Origin: Clostridia bacterium | Lineage (GTDB): Bacteria; Bacillota; Clostridia; Oscillospirales; CAG-272 | Direction: 5' to 3' | Assembly (NCBI GenBank): GCA_017520505.1 | Contig: JAFXFN010000024.1 | Span: 209 to 64,208, forward strand | DNA: 64,000 nt | Part shown: one piece after another, positions 63,498-64,000 of the stretch | How the letters are laid out: each line of letters begins with the position of its first letter | How positions within the stretch are numbered: the first letter of the stretch is position 1 | The notes under the pieces: generated by a model | Seen by the model: only the letters and a program-made list of their open reading frames with translations | What the model was told of the DNA's origin: nothing | Database searches by the model: none | Made by a program: the position numbers and the translations under genes

Positions 63498-63630
63498 ATT
63501 TTCGTTTGTTTCATTCAGCGGACACTATCATTGCATTTTGTCCATTTTGTAAATTCAATAAGAATGACCGTAAGTGACAATATTTGCGCCTTTGCCGTGA
63601 TATTATCGTATCATAGAAACGGAGGTAAAA

Positions 63631-63939
63631 ATGGACGGGCTTGAAATAGAATACGAAAACGGTGTTATGAGGGCATCTGTCGGCGGTGAGGTCGACCATC
63701 ATCTGTGCGCCTCTGTGCGTGAGGATATTGACAGCGCATTTTTTAAATATGCCCCGAAAAAGCTGATACTTGACCTGACGGGAATGAAATTTATGGACAG
63801 TTCGGGGCTTGGGCTGATAATGGGCAGATATTCACGCTGTCTTGCCGCAGAGTGCGAATTTATCATCTGCGGTGTTGACGAGAGGGCTATGCGCATACTG
63901 CGTATGTCGGGCATGGACAAGGTGCTTAAAATCAAATGA
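63631..63939 (+). CDS. spoIIAA: Anti-sigma-F factor antagonist SpoIIAA (STAS domain)
   Basis: 102 aa. FMDSSGLG phosphorylatable-Ser motif. Followed by a probable spoIIAB. Confidence 0.8.
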   Translation: MDGLEIEYENGVMRASVGGEVDHHLCASVREDIDSAFFKYAPKKLILDLTGMKFMDSSGLGLIMGRYSRCLAAECEFIICGVDERAMRILRMSGMDKVLKIK

Positions 63940-63953
63940 TAACGGAGAAAAAA

Positions 63954-64000
63954 GTGAAAAAGGAAAAAATAAACGAGGTAAAAATAACCCTGCTTGCGGT
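63954..64000 (+). CDS. spoIIAB: Probable start of anti-sigma-F factor SpoIIAB (partial, runs off the window)
   Basis: GTG after a GGAG RBS, 15 nt after the spoIIAA stop. Only 15 codons are visible, so the call is by synteny. Confidence 0.45.
   Translation, partial: MKKEKINEVKITLLA

Noticed and set aside
63500-63630. Sigma-H promoter or Spo0A boxes for spoIIA
   Set aside because: I could not find a convincing TGTCGAA/TTCGACA box or a sigma-H -35/-10 pair by eye. I left it unannotated.
1-64000. tRNA, rRNA, tmRNA or riboswitch genes
   Set aside because: I recognised no cloverleaf-like or conserved riboswitch cores in the intergenic regions. This is a by-eye scan only; tRNAscan or Rfam would be decisive.

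Overview
This 64-kb window looks like chromosome from a sporulating Clostridia genome, probably Oscillospiraceae/Ruminococcaceae-like. Supporting genes are spoIIE, spoIIAA/AB, a spoVAF-like gene, murT/gatD, a cohesin/dockerin pair and an indolepyruvate oxidoreductase/phenylacetate-CoA ligase operon. All family calls come from motifs I recognise in the supplied translations; no database search was run.

Housekeeping blocks:
- murT-gatD
- a GH29 fucosidase, a MATE pump and an anion permease
- tcdA and miaB
- a glmM-glmS-darA cluster
- iorAB-paaK plus a Na+/solute symporter
- mazF-spoVAF, spoIIE and the start of spoIIA

Four things stand out:
1. At 1-5.3 kb there is a cassette-like locus. Three unrelated AT-rich ORFs each carry a near-identical ~67-nt consensus promoter/5'UTR module. 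Each module is preceded by an unusual palindromic 'word-hairpin' array: a 7-nt word repeated every ~22 nt with mini-hairpins as spacers. Related arrays occur at 1.7 kb and 30.5 kb.
2. At 18.4-29.4 kb there is a compact, single-strand, 13-gene phage-like cluster. It encodes TerS, TerL, portal, scaffold-like, capsid, two unknown structural proteins, XhlA-holin-amidase, a Gly-rich fibre-like protein and a coiled-coil protein. A host-type consensus promoter drives it. I found no integrase, repressor, replication genes, tail tube/tape measure or att repeats. A 655-bp block of host REP-like hairpins splits it. This could be a domesticated (GTA-like) or defective short-tailed particle locus.
3. Intergenic DNA is saturated with GTAG-hairpin REP-like elements of several families. 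A 5'-truncated IS200/RAYT-type HUH transposase gene contains the REP sequence inside its own coding region.
4. Smaller oddities include an antitoxin-less mazF coupled to a spoVAF-like gene, a transglutaminase-dockerin next to a membrane-anchored cohesin, tandem paralogous GH-like genes, and a Sir2 lacking the Zn module.

I recognised no tRNA, rRNA or CRISPR array.
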